Assembly: GCA_977017575.1 (NCBI GenBank)
Contig: CDRNVI010000016.1
Span: 186,001-250,000, forward strand
Reading direction: 5' to 3'
DNA: 64,000 bases
From: Paramoeba atlantica
Taxonomy: Eukaryota > Protista > Discosea
Shown here: in pieces, positions 31,467 through 42,360 of the stretch
Position numbering within the stretch: the stretch's first letter is position 1
How the letters are laid out: each line of letters starts with the position of its first letter
Translations under genes and position numbers: made by a program
The notes under the pieces: generated by a model
Told to the model about the DNA's origin: nothing
Databases searched by the model: none
What the model saw: the letters and a program-made list of their open reading frames with translations, nothing else

Positions 31467-32771
31467 ATGCTGCGATTTGTAAGTCCCTTGTTTGCACATT
31501 CCAGGGAAAAACAGTCTGGATATCACCTGATGCGCGAACTGGGCAAAAAGAAATCCAAGTTACATGTGCAGGAAGCAATGACAACAAAAGATGCCTCGGG
31601 AACCGAAATTCGAAGTACTGGTACGCGAAGTCGTTTCACATACCGGACGTTCCGGCAACAGATGTCCAAGATTGAAGAGGTTTATGTTTGGGTTTGGTAT
31701 CCATGGAGAGCGCATCCAGAGCACCCCGTTCCTGCCCTTCCTTGCCCTCGCACACTGAAGAACCTACACGGCGCGGTCGTAACTTCTTTGTCACCAAGAC
31801 AGAAGCAAAATCGCGAAAATATGCTCTCTGGTGTAACTTTGCAAGCAACAGACGAAGCTCTAAGTTCAAAATTTTCTCAAAAACATCCTTTTCTTTCATA
31901 CATTTGTGAGAAATTGAGGGACAAACCTAAAGGATTTCCATTTTGGTATAAGAAGTATCCCAGCACTCGGCATGCCTATGAAAACCGATTTGCAGTACCT
32001 AAAGAAATGCTAGACGGGTATGATAACGCCGAAATGAGACGAGCTTTTTCGTTTCCTAATATGCGGAACGGAGAAAAGCTACGTGCTGAAACTACAGCTA
32101 TGTGCGAAAGGTATTGCCCTGATGATACGAGCCGTCGCTCCATTCCTGCCCGGTGCATTCGACTGGCGATATTCGTACGTGAGAAAAGGAATCATTTGCT
32201 CACCAATCCGAAAAATCATATAGGAAAACGTCAACTAGGAAATTTGGAAAGGGCACTACAAAATGCAATGCGCCGATGGAGAAAAGAGGATTTTCGAGGT
32301 TACTGGGAGTTTGTACGCGAGCATGATATGCTGGACATCATTCAACCTGAAAATCGAGTGAAATACCGATGGGGTATGTGGTGGCGTTCAGACTGGAGGT
32401 TCGGACACGCGCTGAGTTCAAGCACGACTGACTTTCTCGATCCAAGGGGACTAATGGGGTGTGTAGAAACTGGTCGAAGTTGTGCCGAGGTGGCTCGGGA
32501 TCTGGCATTATCCTACACGCGCACATTAAATACCAAGGAACGTAAGTATTTCGAGAGTAGAGCAACTTACTTCGAGAGACTCCAACAATTTAAATATGAT
32601 CACGTTGAAGCGAACAGAGAGCGTGAACGCCAGGAATATCTTAATAAACTACAAGCTTTATATCAAAGGAGAAGCGCTAGAAACCTCACCGTTGATATCC
32701 CTCGTAAGCTTCACCGGACAAAGAATATTAGTCTGCAGCGATGGAAGTGCTGGCGTCATGGCCCTATGTGA
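31467..32771 (+). CDS. Mitochondrial ribosomal protein uS15m (long kinetoplastid type)
   Basis: FSFPNM...DDTSRRSIPARCIRLAI...NHLLTNPKNHIGKRQL...RRWRKEDFRGY fits the S15 helical pattern; 434 aa with a presequence-like N-terminus. Confidence 0.7.
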   Translation: MLRFVSPLFAHSREKQSGYHLMRELGKKKSKLHVQEAMTTKDASGTEIRSTGTRSRFTYRTFRQQMSKIEEVYVWVWYPWRAHPEHPVPALPCPRTLKNLHGAVVTSLSPRQKQNRENMLSGVTLQATDEALSSKFSQKHPFLSYICEKLRDKPKGFPFWYKKYPSTRHAYENRFAVPKEMLDGYDNAEMRRAFSFPNMRNGEKLRAETTAMCERYCPDDTSRRSIPARCIRLAIFVREKRNHLLTNPKNHIGKRQLGNLERALQNAMRRWRKEDFRGYWEFVREHDMLDIIQPENRVKYRWGMWWRSDWRFGHALSSSTTDFLDPRGLMGCVETGRSCAEVARDLALSYTRTLNTKERKYFESRATYFERLQQFKYDHVEANRERERQEYLNKLQALYQRRSARNLTVDIPRKLHRTKNISLQRWKCWRHGPM

Positions 32772-33070
32772 GTATACAGTCCCTATGTTGTTACGTATAG
32801 AAACTTATCAATACCTATAGAACAGATACTCATAACATACAGATACATATATGAATCATATCCACTAAGCCACAGTGCAAACGTTTATCGATACCTACAC
32901 TGTATGTACTATATACCTACACTGTATGTACTTACACTGTATGTTTCTACTTCTTCATGATTTTTTGGAACAAACCTGTCTTTGTACGCACCCAATCACT
33001 ACTTCATTCTACACTAAAAAGATTCGTGTAAGTGTATTTCTATTTAGTCTAACCTTCACTCGACTCTTTG

Positions 33071-34399
33071 ATGCGTGAAATCGTCTCGATACAGGCCGGC
33101 CAGTGTGGAAATCAAATTGGTTCTAAGTTTTGGGAAGTGATATGCGATGAGCACAGCGTCGACCCGTCAGGCACGTATGTGGGTGACAATGATCGTCAGT
33201 TGGAGCGCATTAATGTATACTTCAACGAAGCGACCGGAGGTCGATATGTTCCGCGTGCCGTGCTGATGGATCTGGAACCTGGTACAATGGACAGCGTTCG
33301 GGCTGGTCCGTATGGTCAAATCTTCCGCCCGGACAACTTTGTGTTTGGTCAGACTGGGGCCGGGAATAACTGGGCTAAGGGGCACTACACGGAGGGTGCT
33401 GAGCTCATTGATAGCGTACTGGATGTTTGCCGCAAAGAGGCTGAAAGCTGTGACTGCCTGCAGGGATTTCAAATCTCACACTCCCTTGGTGGTGGGACAG
33501 GTTCAGGTACCGGAACTTTATTGATTTCCAAGCTCCGTGAGGAGTACCCGGACCGCATGATGCTCACATTTAGCGTGATTCCTTCGCCCAAAGTGTCTGA
33601 CACCGTCGTGGAACCCTACAACACAACTCTTTCGGTGCACCAACTCGTAGAGAACTCGGATGAATGTCTGTGCATTGACAATGAAGCGCTGTATGACATT
33701 TGCTTTCGTACCTTGAAGTTGACGACTCCCACGTTTGGTGACCTGAATCATCTTGTGTCTGCGGTGATGTCCGGTGTGACGTGCTGTTTACGCTTTCCGG
33801 GACAGCTGAACTCCGACCTTCGCAAACTTGCGGTGAACCTGGTTCCATTTCCTCGCCTGCACTTCTTCATGGTCGGGTTTGCCCCCCTGACTTCTCGTGG
33901 CTCTCAGCAGTATCGCACATTTACTGTTCCTGAGTTAACGCAGCAAATGTTTGACTACAAGAACATGATGTGTGCCGCGGACCCGCGACACGGACGCTAT
34001 CTCACTGCATCTGCCCTGTTCCGTGGACGTCTCTCCACGAAGGAGGTTGATGAGCAGATGTTGAACGTGCAGAACAAGAACAGCTCGTACTTCATCGAGT
34101 GGATCCCGAACAACATCAAGAGCTCTGTGTGTGACGTCCCTCCGAAGGGGTTGAAGATGACGGTGACCTTTATCGGGAACAACACTTGCATCCAAGAAAT
34201 GTTCCGTCGCGTGGCGGAGCAGTTCACTGCAATGTTTCGGCGAAAGGCTTTTCTTCACTGGTACACCGGAGAAGGGATGGATGAGATGGAATTCACGGAA
34301 GCGGAAAGCAACATGAACGACCTTGTGGCAGAATACCAACAATACCAGGATGCCGGGATCGAGGAGGAAGAACTCATTGACGAGCCGATGGCTGAATAA
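33071..34399 (+). CDS. TUBB: Beta-tubulin copy 2
   Basis: Near-identical to copy 1; ends MAE* instead of MAEQQ*. Confidence 0.99.
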   Translation: MREIVSIQAGQCGNQIGSKFWEVICDEHSVDPSGTYVGDNDRQLERINVYFNEATGGRYVPRAVLMDLEPGTMDSVRAGPYGQIFRPDNFVFGQTGAGNNWAKGHYTEGAELIDSVLDVCRKEAESCDCLQGFQISHSLGGGTGSGTGTLLISKLREEYPDRMMLTFSVIPSPKVSDTVVEPYNTTLSVHQLVENSDECLCIDNEALYDICFRTLKLTTPTFGDLNHLVSAVMSGVTCCLRFPGQLNSDLRKLAVNLVPFPRLHFFMVGFAPLTSRGSQQYRTFTVPELTQQMFDYKNMMCAADPRHGRYLTASALFRGRLSTKEVDEQMLNVQNKNSSYFIEWIPNNIKSSVCDVPPKGLKMTVTFIGNNTCIQEMFRRVAEQFTAMFRRKAFLHWYTGEGMDEMEFTEAESNMNDLVAEYQQYQDAGIEEEELIDEPMAE

Positions 34400-35680
34400 C
34401 ATTAAAGAAAAGGAAGGTTGTAATTGATCGCTGAAGTGTTTGTTATGTAGTTCACAGTATTTTTGAAGTATGTAAAGAATAGTAGAAATTCATGTTGCAA
34501 ATATCACGGTAGATTTGTACTAAGTATTTTATGTTTAATTTGCATGGGCAGAAAAAATACTTTTTTAACTTTGTTTTGTGTAATTTATTCGTGGCTCACA
34601 AGTTGGACATAGACGTATTGCGTGAATGTATTCATTTGTTTTTTATACTGATGTCATCGCGAAAGAAGGAAAGGGAAGATCATGATTAATTTTTATAGTT
34701 GTAAAGCGTACTTTATTTACTGTGTGCGCTGCTTTGCCGCATACACAGTTTCAGTGCACGCTGTTTTTATCATCTTTTCGGACTATGTTTTTTCTCCTCT
34801 CTACGTATTGTTGTCGTGTACATGTTGTCTTAAATGTTTTTCTTGTTTCTTTATCTGCGCATCTTTAGTACTTTCTTGGTAAGACCTACATGTATCTTTC
34901 CACTCCTGCCTTCTTCACTCCTGCCTTCACGATGTCCTCCTTACGTGCTCAGTCGGGCAATAATTTTATCGGAGTTTGTTGAGTACGGAGAGCCGTCGAT
35001 AGGGGAATATTGGTTGTTGCGATCACAGAAGGAAAGACATGGCTCCAGGATCCCTGTATGGTTCGAGCCGAGCCCGGTTCAGACTTTCTTAGGTTCAGAC
35101 TTTTGAAGGCCAGAGCATGCATGGTTTAAGACTTTAAATGTCATTTGTAATGATTCTCGCCATAGGTGTGCGAAATGTTGCAGCAATGTTGGCCATTTAG
35201 GTGAAAGAGCTGCTGCAAGGCACACGAAGTACCTTTGGTTCATAAACGTGTCGAGGGGTTCATTTCTGAATTCGAGGATGGGGGTTGCCGTGCTTCAACG
35301 GGGTGAAGTCTTTGCGCAATGTGCGCGGGAATCCTAATGGGAATCCAGGGGGCCTAGTTGCACGAGAAGACTTGGAGAGGCGTCCCATAAGAATGCAAGT
35401 TGCAAATAAAAAAGGGACCGCAACTATTATAATCTATAACTTATACTATTATAGTCTATAGCTCCATCTACTTAAACAAGAATTACGTTGTACATACTTA
35501 CAACGGTGTTCCGTGTTCCATGGAACCAAAAACTATGGCTAAAAATACCGAGAAGTGCGCCCATTTTCTGTTTTTAAAGTTTTTCGTTACTTCAAAAACA
35601 AATTTACTCTAATACAACTTATACACGTACATGTACTGTATGTCTACAGTACACTCCGACCTCCATTAAGTGTCCACGGA

Positions 35681-38565
35681 AAGGGGGGACTCGTTTATTG
35701 TTAACAATTTTTTCGAGCATTTTTTGCTAACAATAATCGAAATTTTACCCCCCAATGTTAACATTATACGAGTTGCAATGAAAGTTCGAATATTACACCC
35801 CAGTCAAATTTTATTGTCGCTAATATTCATGGTACAAAAATTATTGAATTTTTAATTAAAAATGGTCGTTTTTTGCCTGCGTTTTATTTATTATTTATTT
35901 TTTGTCAACCGCTCGAGATGGTCAACCAGGACATTGCTCAGCATTTTTTGGTAGCGAATTCGATCCATCAGACGAAGAAAAGTCAGCCGTCCTCGAAAGA
36001 TTTAGCGCCGGACGAGCGCGAATGGCTTTTTGACAACACTCGAGGTGCATGTAAAAATGCACTAGTTATGGAGAGATTTTTGGATCAATTTGGACGAGTA
36101 ATTTCGGCTGCTTGCGTCTCGCAATATAAGGGCATGCGCTCGCTAGAAAACATCGGTAGTCGCGGCCGGCGTGGCCTACTTACGGGAAAGGAATCTTCAC
36201 TTGTCCTTCAAGCTTTCGATAAAATGAGGGAGCAGGCTGTCCCAGTGTACGCGGCTCTTGTAGCTAGTGTGGCCCGCGGTATCAAAGAGCAATCTTCCCC
36301 GAAATCCACATCCCTAAAGGGGGGTCCTCTGAAGTTTTCGCTATCATGGGCAAAGGACTGGATGAAGCAAAATAACATTCGTGTCCGCCACGCTACTAGC
36401 GATCGAACTGTTACGCCGAATGAAGTTGTTGAGGCATCTAAAACATTCTTTTCACAGCTTGAAAGCTATAAAAATCGTTGTGAAAAAGAGCTTGTGTTTA
36501 ACACAGACGAATTCTTTGTGTGTCTGGGATTAGGACAAGCAAATGCCACTTGGACCTGGGAACGCATTAATCCAGGCGAGTCCCGCACAATTTCAGTTCG
36601 TCGTGAAAAGCAGGGTTTCACTTGCAACGTTCTTTCATCTGCAGCTGGAGAAATCAAAATGTTACAGTTCATATTCCAGGGAACGAGTCGCGTATTCGTC
36701 AATGTTGGTAGCGACCCACGTGCTCTACAATGTGCCCGGAAAGGATCTCATTTTCAAGACGCCTCGACGTGGGCAACTTTTTTGAGTCGCTTTAAGGAGA
36801 TACTTGCCTCCGAACGTGAAGCTATGAAGAAGCCCGCTGCCCCCGCCCTTTTGATTATTGATGAAGCCACTCAGCATAGTGGTACTGATGAGATTCTCCT
36901 TGGTTCTTCTTGCGACGTAGTTCGTATTCCCAAGAAAATGACGCATGTCTTTCAACCTGCAGATCAGTTTGTAATCTCTGGCCTAAAACAACGCGCTATT
37001 CAGCTCTACAACGATGATGTATCCCGCATCTTTGCACGTTCCGACCTCAATTCAGCCATCTCCAACGTTATTTGCACATCGCGAACACTTTGCCGAGAGA
37101 AAAAAGTGTCGTACATTGTGCAGGCTATGCAAGAACTTCCCCAAGCTCAGATTATGGCCTCCTGGGAAATAACCGAAATTCCAATGGTGTTATTTGGCAG
37201 CAAAAGAAACCGACCGTCACGTCTCGATGCCTACAAGCATTTGCAAACTCATTTACATACGTCTAGTGGTGCGATTTTCTTGGATGATGAAGGTTCCGAC
37301 GAAATTAACACCTCATCCATTGGGAACGCAGAAGGGGACATCAATATAATAGAAGAGAACGAAAATTCGACAGCAAGCGCCACAATCGAAAGAAGCGCAC
37401 CTGGAGAAAAGCGAAAACGCGGCCGACCTCGTAAGGTACTCTCAACTGAAGAACTGGAACTCCAGAGACGAGAGGCTGAAGATATCACGAATCTACGCCA
37501 GCGACTTCGTGGAATGACGAGAAGACAAAAGGAGCGCTATAAATCCGCTCAGAGTCTGACGTTTACTCCTCTCTCATCGTACGGAATCGGTCCTAAAGTT
37601 TAGTTGCTGTGACTCCCCCTTTGATGAGCACCTCCAAAATATTTTTGATTGTATTGAATTTTCTGATGGTATTGAATTGTGAAAGTGCGCAATAACATTT
37701 ACTCAGATTTTATGCTGATATTTTGTGGGTTTTTTCCATGTTTTGTTCTATCGGTCTACACTTTTTCCCCGCACTAGATATTAAAATGAAATATTTTAAA
37801 GCGCGCTCTTTTTTGTTATTCACCTTTGTACGCAACATTAGCTGCATTGTTTTAATACATGCATTGCTTTTATCTACCAATAAGAGTACAATGATAAATT
37901 CTCTGTTGGAATGCACCCTCGCACCATTTCACTCCACCTGACGAAGGCCATGAGACGAGCAACCCGCCAACCCACGGTAGTCAATAAGAACGTGAAAACA
38001 CTACGACGGGCGCTTAATTTCCCACAGCCCAAGATTTGCGCATGTACACATTTCTACAAAAATTATTGGCACAAAAATTATTAAATTTTAAATTAAAAGT
38101 TGTCCGGTTTCGACACCAATTAAAAATTCAATAATTTTTGGCGGCAGTGTATTAACAATGAGGAGTATTTGGGCACTCTCTGGAGGTCGCTGAAGGTCAC
38201 TGGCAATCGCCGGAGCTACTACAAACGACTCTCTAATGTCACCTTTTTAGGGAACTACGCAGTTTTCAATTGCTATACAGTTTCATCCAAAACTGAGTTA
38301 TGCGAATCGAAGTGCGATGTCGGGTGAGGTACCGTTTACTTGCCTTCTCAACGTTTTATCTCTGGAGGCTGCCATCGTCGGGCGACTGAAAGTCTGTTGT
38401 TTCAATAACATTATTTCGCATATCATTAAGCGCATCATTTTCCTTATCATGAACGCTATAAAACATGACCATCGGGAACAAAAAAAATCAAAAGTCACAC
38501 GAAAAAACCGAAATTAATTCATTGTTAACAATAATCGAATGTTAATAATAAACGAGTCCCCCCTT
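35681..38565 (+). mobile_element. pogo-type DNA transposon (element 2), 2.89 kb, 26-bp TIRs
   Basis: AAGGGGGGACTCGTTTATTGTTAACA (35681-35706) vs reverse complement of 38540-38565: 25/26 identical. TA follows the right end; the left flank reads GA. Confidence 0.85.
35918..37603 (+). CDS. Intact pogo transposase (CENP-B/Tc5-type HTH plus DD33D) with C-terminal AT-hook
   Basis: KFSLSWAKDWMKQNNI (HTH_Tnp_Tc5-like), VFNTDE, LIIDEATQH, PKKMTHVFQPAD, KRKRGRPRK; no stops. ATG at 35918. Confidence 0.88.
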   Translation: MVNQDIAQHFLVANSIHQTKKSQPSSKDLAPDEREWLFDNTRGACKNALVMERFLDQFGRVISAACVSQYKGMRSLENIGSRGRRGLLTGKESSLVLQAFDKMREQAVPVYAALVASVARGIKEQSSPKSTSLKGGPLKFSLSWAKDWMKQNNIRVRHATSDRTVTPNEVVEASKTFFSQLESYKNRCEKELVFNTDEFFVCLGLGQANATWTWERINPGESRTISVRREKQGFTCNVLSSAAGEIKMLQFIFQGTSRVFVNVGSDPRALQCARKGSHFQDASTWATFLSRFKEILASEREAMKKPAAPALLIIDEATQHSGTDEILLGSSCDVVRIPKKMTHVFQPADQFVISGLKQRAIQLYNDDVSRIFARSDLNSAISNVICTSRTLCREKKVSYIVQAMQELPQAQIMASWEITEIPMVLFGSKRNRPSRLDAYKHLQTHLHTSSGAIFLDDEGSDEINTSSIGNAEGDINIIEENENSTASATIERSAPGEKRKRGRPRKVLSTEELELQRREAEDITNLRQRLRGMTRRQKERYKSAQSLTFTPLSSYGIGPKV

Positions 38566-38751
38566 TAGTTTAATATTCATAAAAAGTAATAGAAAGGAGA
38601 GTAAACCCCTTGTACATTACTTATTAATTTACATGAAGGTCTGCGGGTGAGGCCCAAATCATCAGTCGAGATCATCTTCGAGTCCCCTCACATAGTGCTT
38701 TTTCACATGTGCGTCAAGACCTTTTTTCCATTCTATTCACGATTCTCTTCA

Positions 38752-38822
38752 GGATGACACAGAGATTATTATTTTCGTAGACCTGTTTTGAAGAACACAT
38801 GAAAATCCATGGTCTCGACTGA
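38752..38822 (+). ncRNA. Candidate box C/D snoRNA-like sequence, copy 1
   Basis: GGATGA ... CTGA spanning 71 nt; shares a 33/34 core with 43989-44022. No rRNA target verified. Confidence 0.25.
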
Positions 38823-39877
38823 TTTTAAGTAGAATGCATTAATAGTCATTTAAATCAAAACAGTTTTTTTTGTAAATTTTTTGAACGCCTAAAAATTGTA
38901 GTCCTATACTGTTAGAGGGCTGAAACATCCCCACCCGCACCCACCCGCACCCACCCGCACCCAGCCGCACCCAGTGCATCTTCAACGGCAAAGACTTAGC
39001 GAAATTTGGGAGATCCAGAAGGAACACGTTCGGGGTACTACTCCCCGAGAGGGATGACCTTTTTTCAGTCAATGTGTACGAGTGCTTCACCATACGCGTT
39101 TTCTTTGCAGAATGCAGCCCAAAAGAAAGTGCGAGCTGTGCAGACTAAATGCCTTTCACAAAATGAACTTTATATCCTTACATTAACATAATTTAAGAAA
39201 ATAATTTGGCGTTGTCCTTTTTTTTCGCGCGCTAGATCCTTCTTTCTCTGCTTTGACTTTATTTGCTTCAAAGTGCTCTCCTGAGCTCGCTTCTGACGCA
39301 TCTCTGCCTGCGTCAATTTTGTGTACGTCTTACTTCCTTTGCGTCCGTGAGAAGGGCTTTTTCCAATTTTTGTGATACCACTGCGCTGTAAATCTTGTTT
39401 TACCTCTTCTCGGTACTCTCGTATAGCATCTTTATCTTTTTCGTCACCTTTCTGAAAATGACAAGAGCAAAAGTCTCGAGAAGCCCATTCTCTAACGACG
39501 GAATGCGTTGAATCCGAAGATTCTACGGAGTCGTCGTACAGTGTCACCTGGTGAACTTTCCAGTGCGTACACTCTGCATTCCAGAGCAACCCGAAAGTCT
39601 TTCAGGGGCAAATTGGGCACTGTTTCGTTCCTTCTGAGTCATCTTCAGATACTCCAAACCTCTCCTCTCTTCTCAAAGGAATGTGGAGCACCTTCTTTAA
39701 GGTGTGTTGCACCCAATTTCGTAATCGATCAAAAATTTCCGAGTCTGCATGTCCGTAGGAACACGCCTCTACCTCACTATCCTTGGAGGGCAAATCGTCT
39801 ATACGGAATACGTTTGAAAAAAGTATCGTAGTAAAACGGTATTCGAGAAAAGATAAAAGAGATAAAATATGAAATGG

Positions 39878-41170
39878 CTACAGATGACTTATATTGTAGT
39901 CATTTTTCGGAAATTTGCGAAAGTGCATGAAAGGACTATTACTCATTTTTTCGAAATATGAAATGCGGTTTTTCGATATGCTAGATGTTATTTCCCTATA
40001 TTTTCCATTCCTTGTCTCAAAAGAAATACAGATCCTGATACAAATACATATCCTGATTGAAGAAATACACCGATTTTGATTATAACTGCAATCCTTTTTG
40101 AACTTCCAATCTTCATCTTCACTTTCATCAAGCGACTCACTAGAGTCTTCTTCTTCTTCTTCTTCTTCTTCCATTTTGTCGTGTTCAAACTCGCTTTCCA
40201 CTTCATCTTCTTCCGACTCGCTTTCACTATCACTTTCTGTCCCCATGTCTCGAGCTACTTTAAACGCACATAACAGTACTTGTAACTTCTCTTGCCAAGA
40301 CGGCTTTTTAAAAAATAAGGTAAACAACGCCACCGTCCGCTTAGACTCTCTCAACGACATCGATAACCTACCTTGTTTACGTATAGCCCGCTTCACTGCT
40401 GAATGACATGACTCCGCGTTGTTGGTGTGAGTTCCATCAGCAGTTACAAACTTAAACTTTCCTTTACTAGAATGGTTCACAGTGCGGTGATCGCGAAATG
40501 CAATAACGTTCGAGTATCCTTTCCACCCGTCTGTAGTTACTATGGTACGTTGGCTGTCCAATGTGTGCTTCCTGATCGCCTGCTCCAAGGTTTCCTTATT
40601 TCGATTTTTTACGTGTAACCACACCGTGCTTACCGATTTACCGTTCCTTGCAACTTCCGTAAGAGTCAATACCCACGTTGGTTTCTTACGAGTTCTTCGT
40701 CCACGGTTGTACTTCCGGCTCCATAAATAAGTCTCGTCAACCTGACAACGCGAGTACTGTATCTTGGAGTTCCGATACTTCATGTACCGATAAACTGCAT
40801 CTAAGAGCTCTTTTTTCCATGTAAATGCAGTTTTCTGGTCAACTTCGCATTGCGAAGCAATTGAGCTCATTGGAACACCTTGACACAGTTTTACCCAAAA
40901 AGAGAATTTCTGCTTTCTTTTCTTTTGTTTGCAAGACATGTAGGGATACAGCAGTGATAGACGTTTTCGACAACTCCCCTTCTTCCATCGTTTCCAGCAA
41001 GTGTTTTCAAAGCGTCTCGTTGCACACCCTGTACCCCCATGCCTGCGACAAGTTTCGGACTTCACAATACCATGGCTTATAAGAAATTTCTCGAATTGCT
41101 CGAATGGAATTGAGCCATCGTTTTTCCACTTGAGAACACAACGCATATCCGAGCACGAACAGGAGGCCAT
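39878..41170 (-). CDS. Merlin/ISXO2-like DDE transposase
   Basis: N-terminal Cys cluster and HTH (SSIASQCEVDQKTAFTW); CQVDETY, RKYNRGR, VTTDGWKGY, HRTVNHS, GTHTNNAES. Acidic tail, then a low-quality C-terminus that runs through the TIR. Confidence 0.88.
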   Translation of the reverse strand: MASCSCSDMRCVLKWKNDGSIPFEQFEKFLISHGIVKSETCRRHGGTGCATRRFENTCWKRWKKGSCRKRLSLLYPYMSCKQKKRKQKFSFWVKLCQGVPMSSIASQCEVDQKTAFTWKKELLDAVYRYMKYRNSKIQYSRCQVDETYLWSRKYNRGRRTRKKPTWVLTLTEVARNGKSVSTVWLHVKNRNKETLEQAIRKHTLDSQRTIVTTDGWKGYSNVIAFRDHRTVNHSSKGKFKFVTADGTHTNNAESCHSAVKRAIRKQGRLSMSLRESKRTVALFTLFFKKPSWQEKLQVLLCAFKVARDMGTESDSESESEEDEVESEFEHDKMEEEEEEEEDSSESLDESEDEDWKFKKDCSYNQNRCISSIRICICIRICISFETRNGKYREITSSISKNRISYFEKMSNSPFMHFRKFPKNDYNISHL

Positions 41171-41299
41171 TTAGTGGAAAAAAAAGAAATGAAATAAGCC
41201 AAATCTTGTTTCACGCATAAATACAATGTATTCTGAGGGAGATGTCATGCTATATATTTGCTTCTCAACGTTTCCCCAAAATGACTACAATATATCACC
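39883..41299 (-). mobile_element. Merlin (IS1016/IS1595-related) DNA transposon with imperfect TIRs
   Basis: 17-bp perfect inverted core TATATTGTAGTCATTTT (39890-39906) / AAAATGACTACAATATA (41278-41294), extendable to about 29 bp; GG at the right terminus. No TSD found. Confidence 0.7.
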
Positions 41300-42360
41300 C
41301 CATTAACCGAATATTTGAAGTCCATGCGTAGAATTATAATTCGCAATTAGAAAATTAGATACCACACCTTTAATCTCGCGCACCTGTGCATTCAAGTACT
41401 GCATTTAAGTAATCAATTTTGAGTAATTTTAGCAAATAGCTTTTAAGCTTTTTTTGCTTCCAAATAGGTTATTTGGAATATTTTATTATTTGCGGCCCTA
41501 TAAAAAAATTTATGAGATATTATAAGTTTGCCAATATCTAGGTATTGAGAAAAAATAAAAGAGGAAAAATATATAGAAAATTCACCCCTCCCCTAACTCA
41601 GCCGCACCCGGACGCACCCAGACGCACCCACCTGTTTCAACGCTCTTACACACCGCTGATTTATCGTCAAATCTGGATTTTTGACTTTTTGAAAAATGAA
41701 TAAGTCAAGGGGGTTGGAATCGTTCCCCTCCTTGACATATCCTCCTTGTCAAATTGTATAAAAGAAATTAACTTACTGATGGTATGGGTTCCTATTTCTT
41801 CGAAATGTACTGCATGAGTAAAATGTTTTCCTCCGTTCCAGTCAGAGTAGCAGAATTATTGATAATTTTTTCTGACTTTTTTCCAACTTTTTCAGTACGC
41901 ATCACGGTTCGTAGTTTCAGTCATCTTATTTTCAATCTTATATTCATCTTATTTTCAATCTTTTCACATGCCGAAAAGCGTTGATCAATTATTCGAGTAA
42001 TAGTTTGTGCATAACCCTGCAAATTCTATTTATTGGTTAACCGCATCGAAACCGCACCGAAACCGCGGTTTGCAAATCAAGAAGAGGCCCCATTTAGGAC
42101 TAGAAGTACAAGGGAATTTTTGATTTATAGGGAAGAAAGTTTGGCGACGGGCATTGTACGTTCATATTTATTAACTAGTTTCTATATTTGCGCAGAACAT
42201 CATAGACTTAACTACTTTATATTAAGTACCTATATAATAGAGTGAACTGTGGGGTTGCTGATCCAATGCATTCTCGTCGAGAATGGCTTACAGAGCACAT
42301 AGATCAGGATATACTCCAAAACCGCCACTCAAAAATGCAAAGTAGATTATCTCGTTATTC

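Larger units (their letters stand above)
38909..41651. mobile_element. Degenerate TIR element that appears to host the Merlin insertion
   Basis: TGTTAGAGGGCTGAAACA (38910-38927) vs reverse complement of 41633-41650: 15/18 identical. CGCACCCA-type 10-bp arrays lie just inside both ends. Confidence 0.4.

Noticed and set aside
29595-33070. TTG starts for the tubulins (and other non-ATG starts in the ORF track)
   Set aside because: A canonical ATG follows immediately (MREIV); eukaryotic context.
34440-35660. Gene between beta-tubulin 2 and pogo 2
   Set aside because: Only short ORFs without recognisable motifs; may be a decayed relic.
26803-39604. Genome-wide UGA-to-Trp recoding
   Set aside because: TGA ends well-defined genes (22147, 30930, 32769), and Trp is encoded by TGG throughout.
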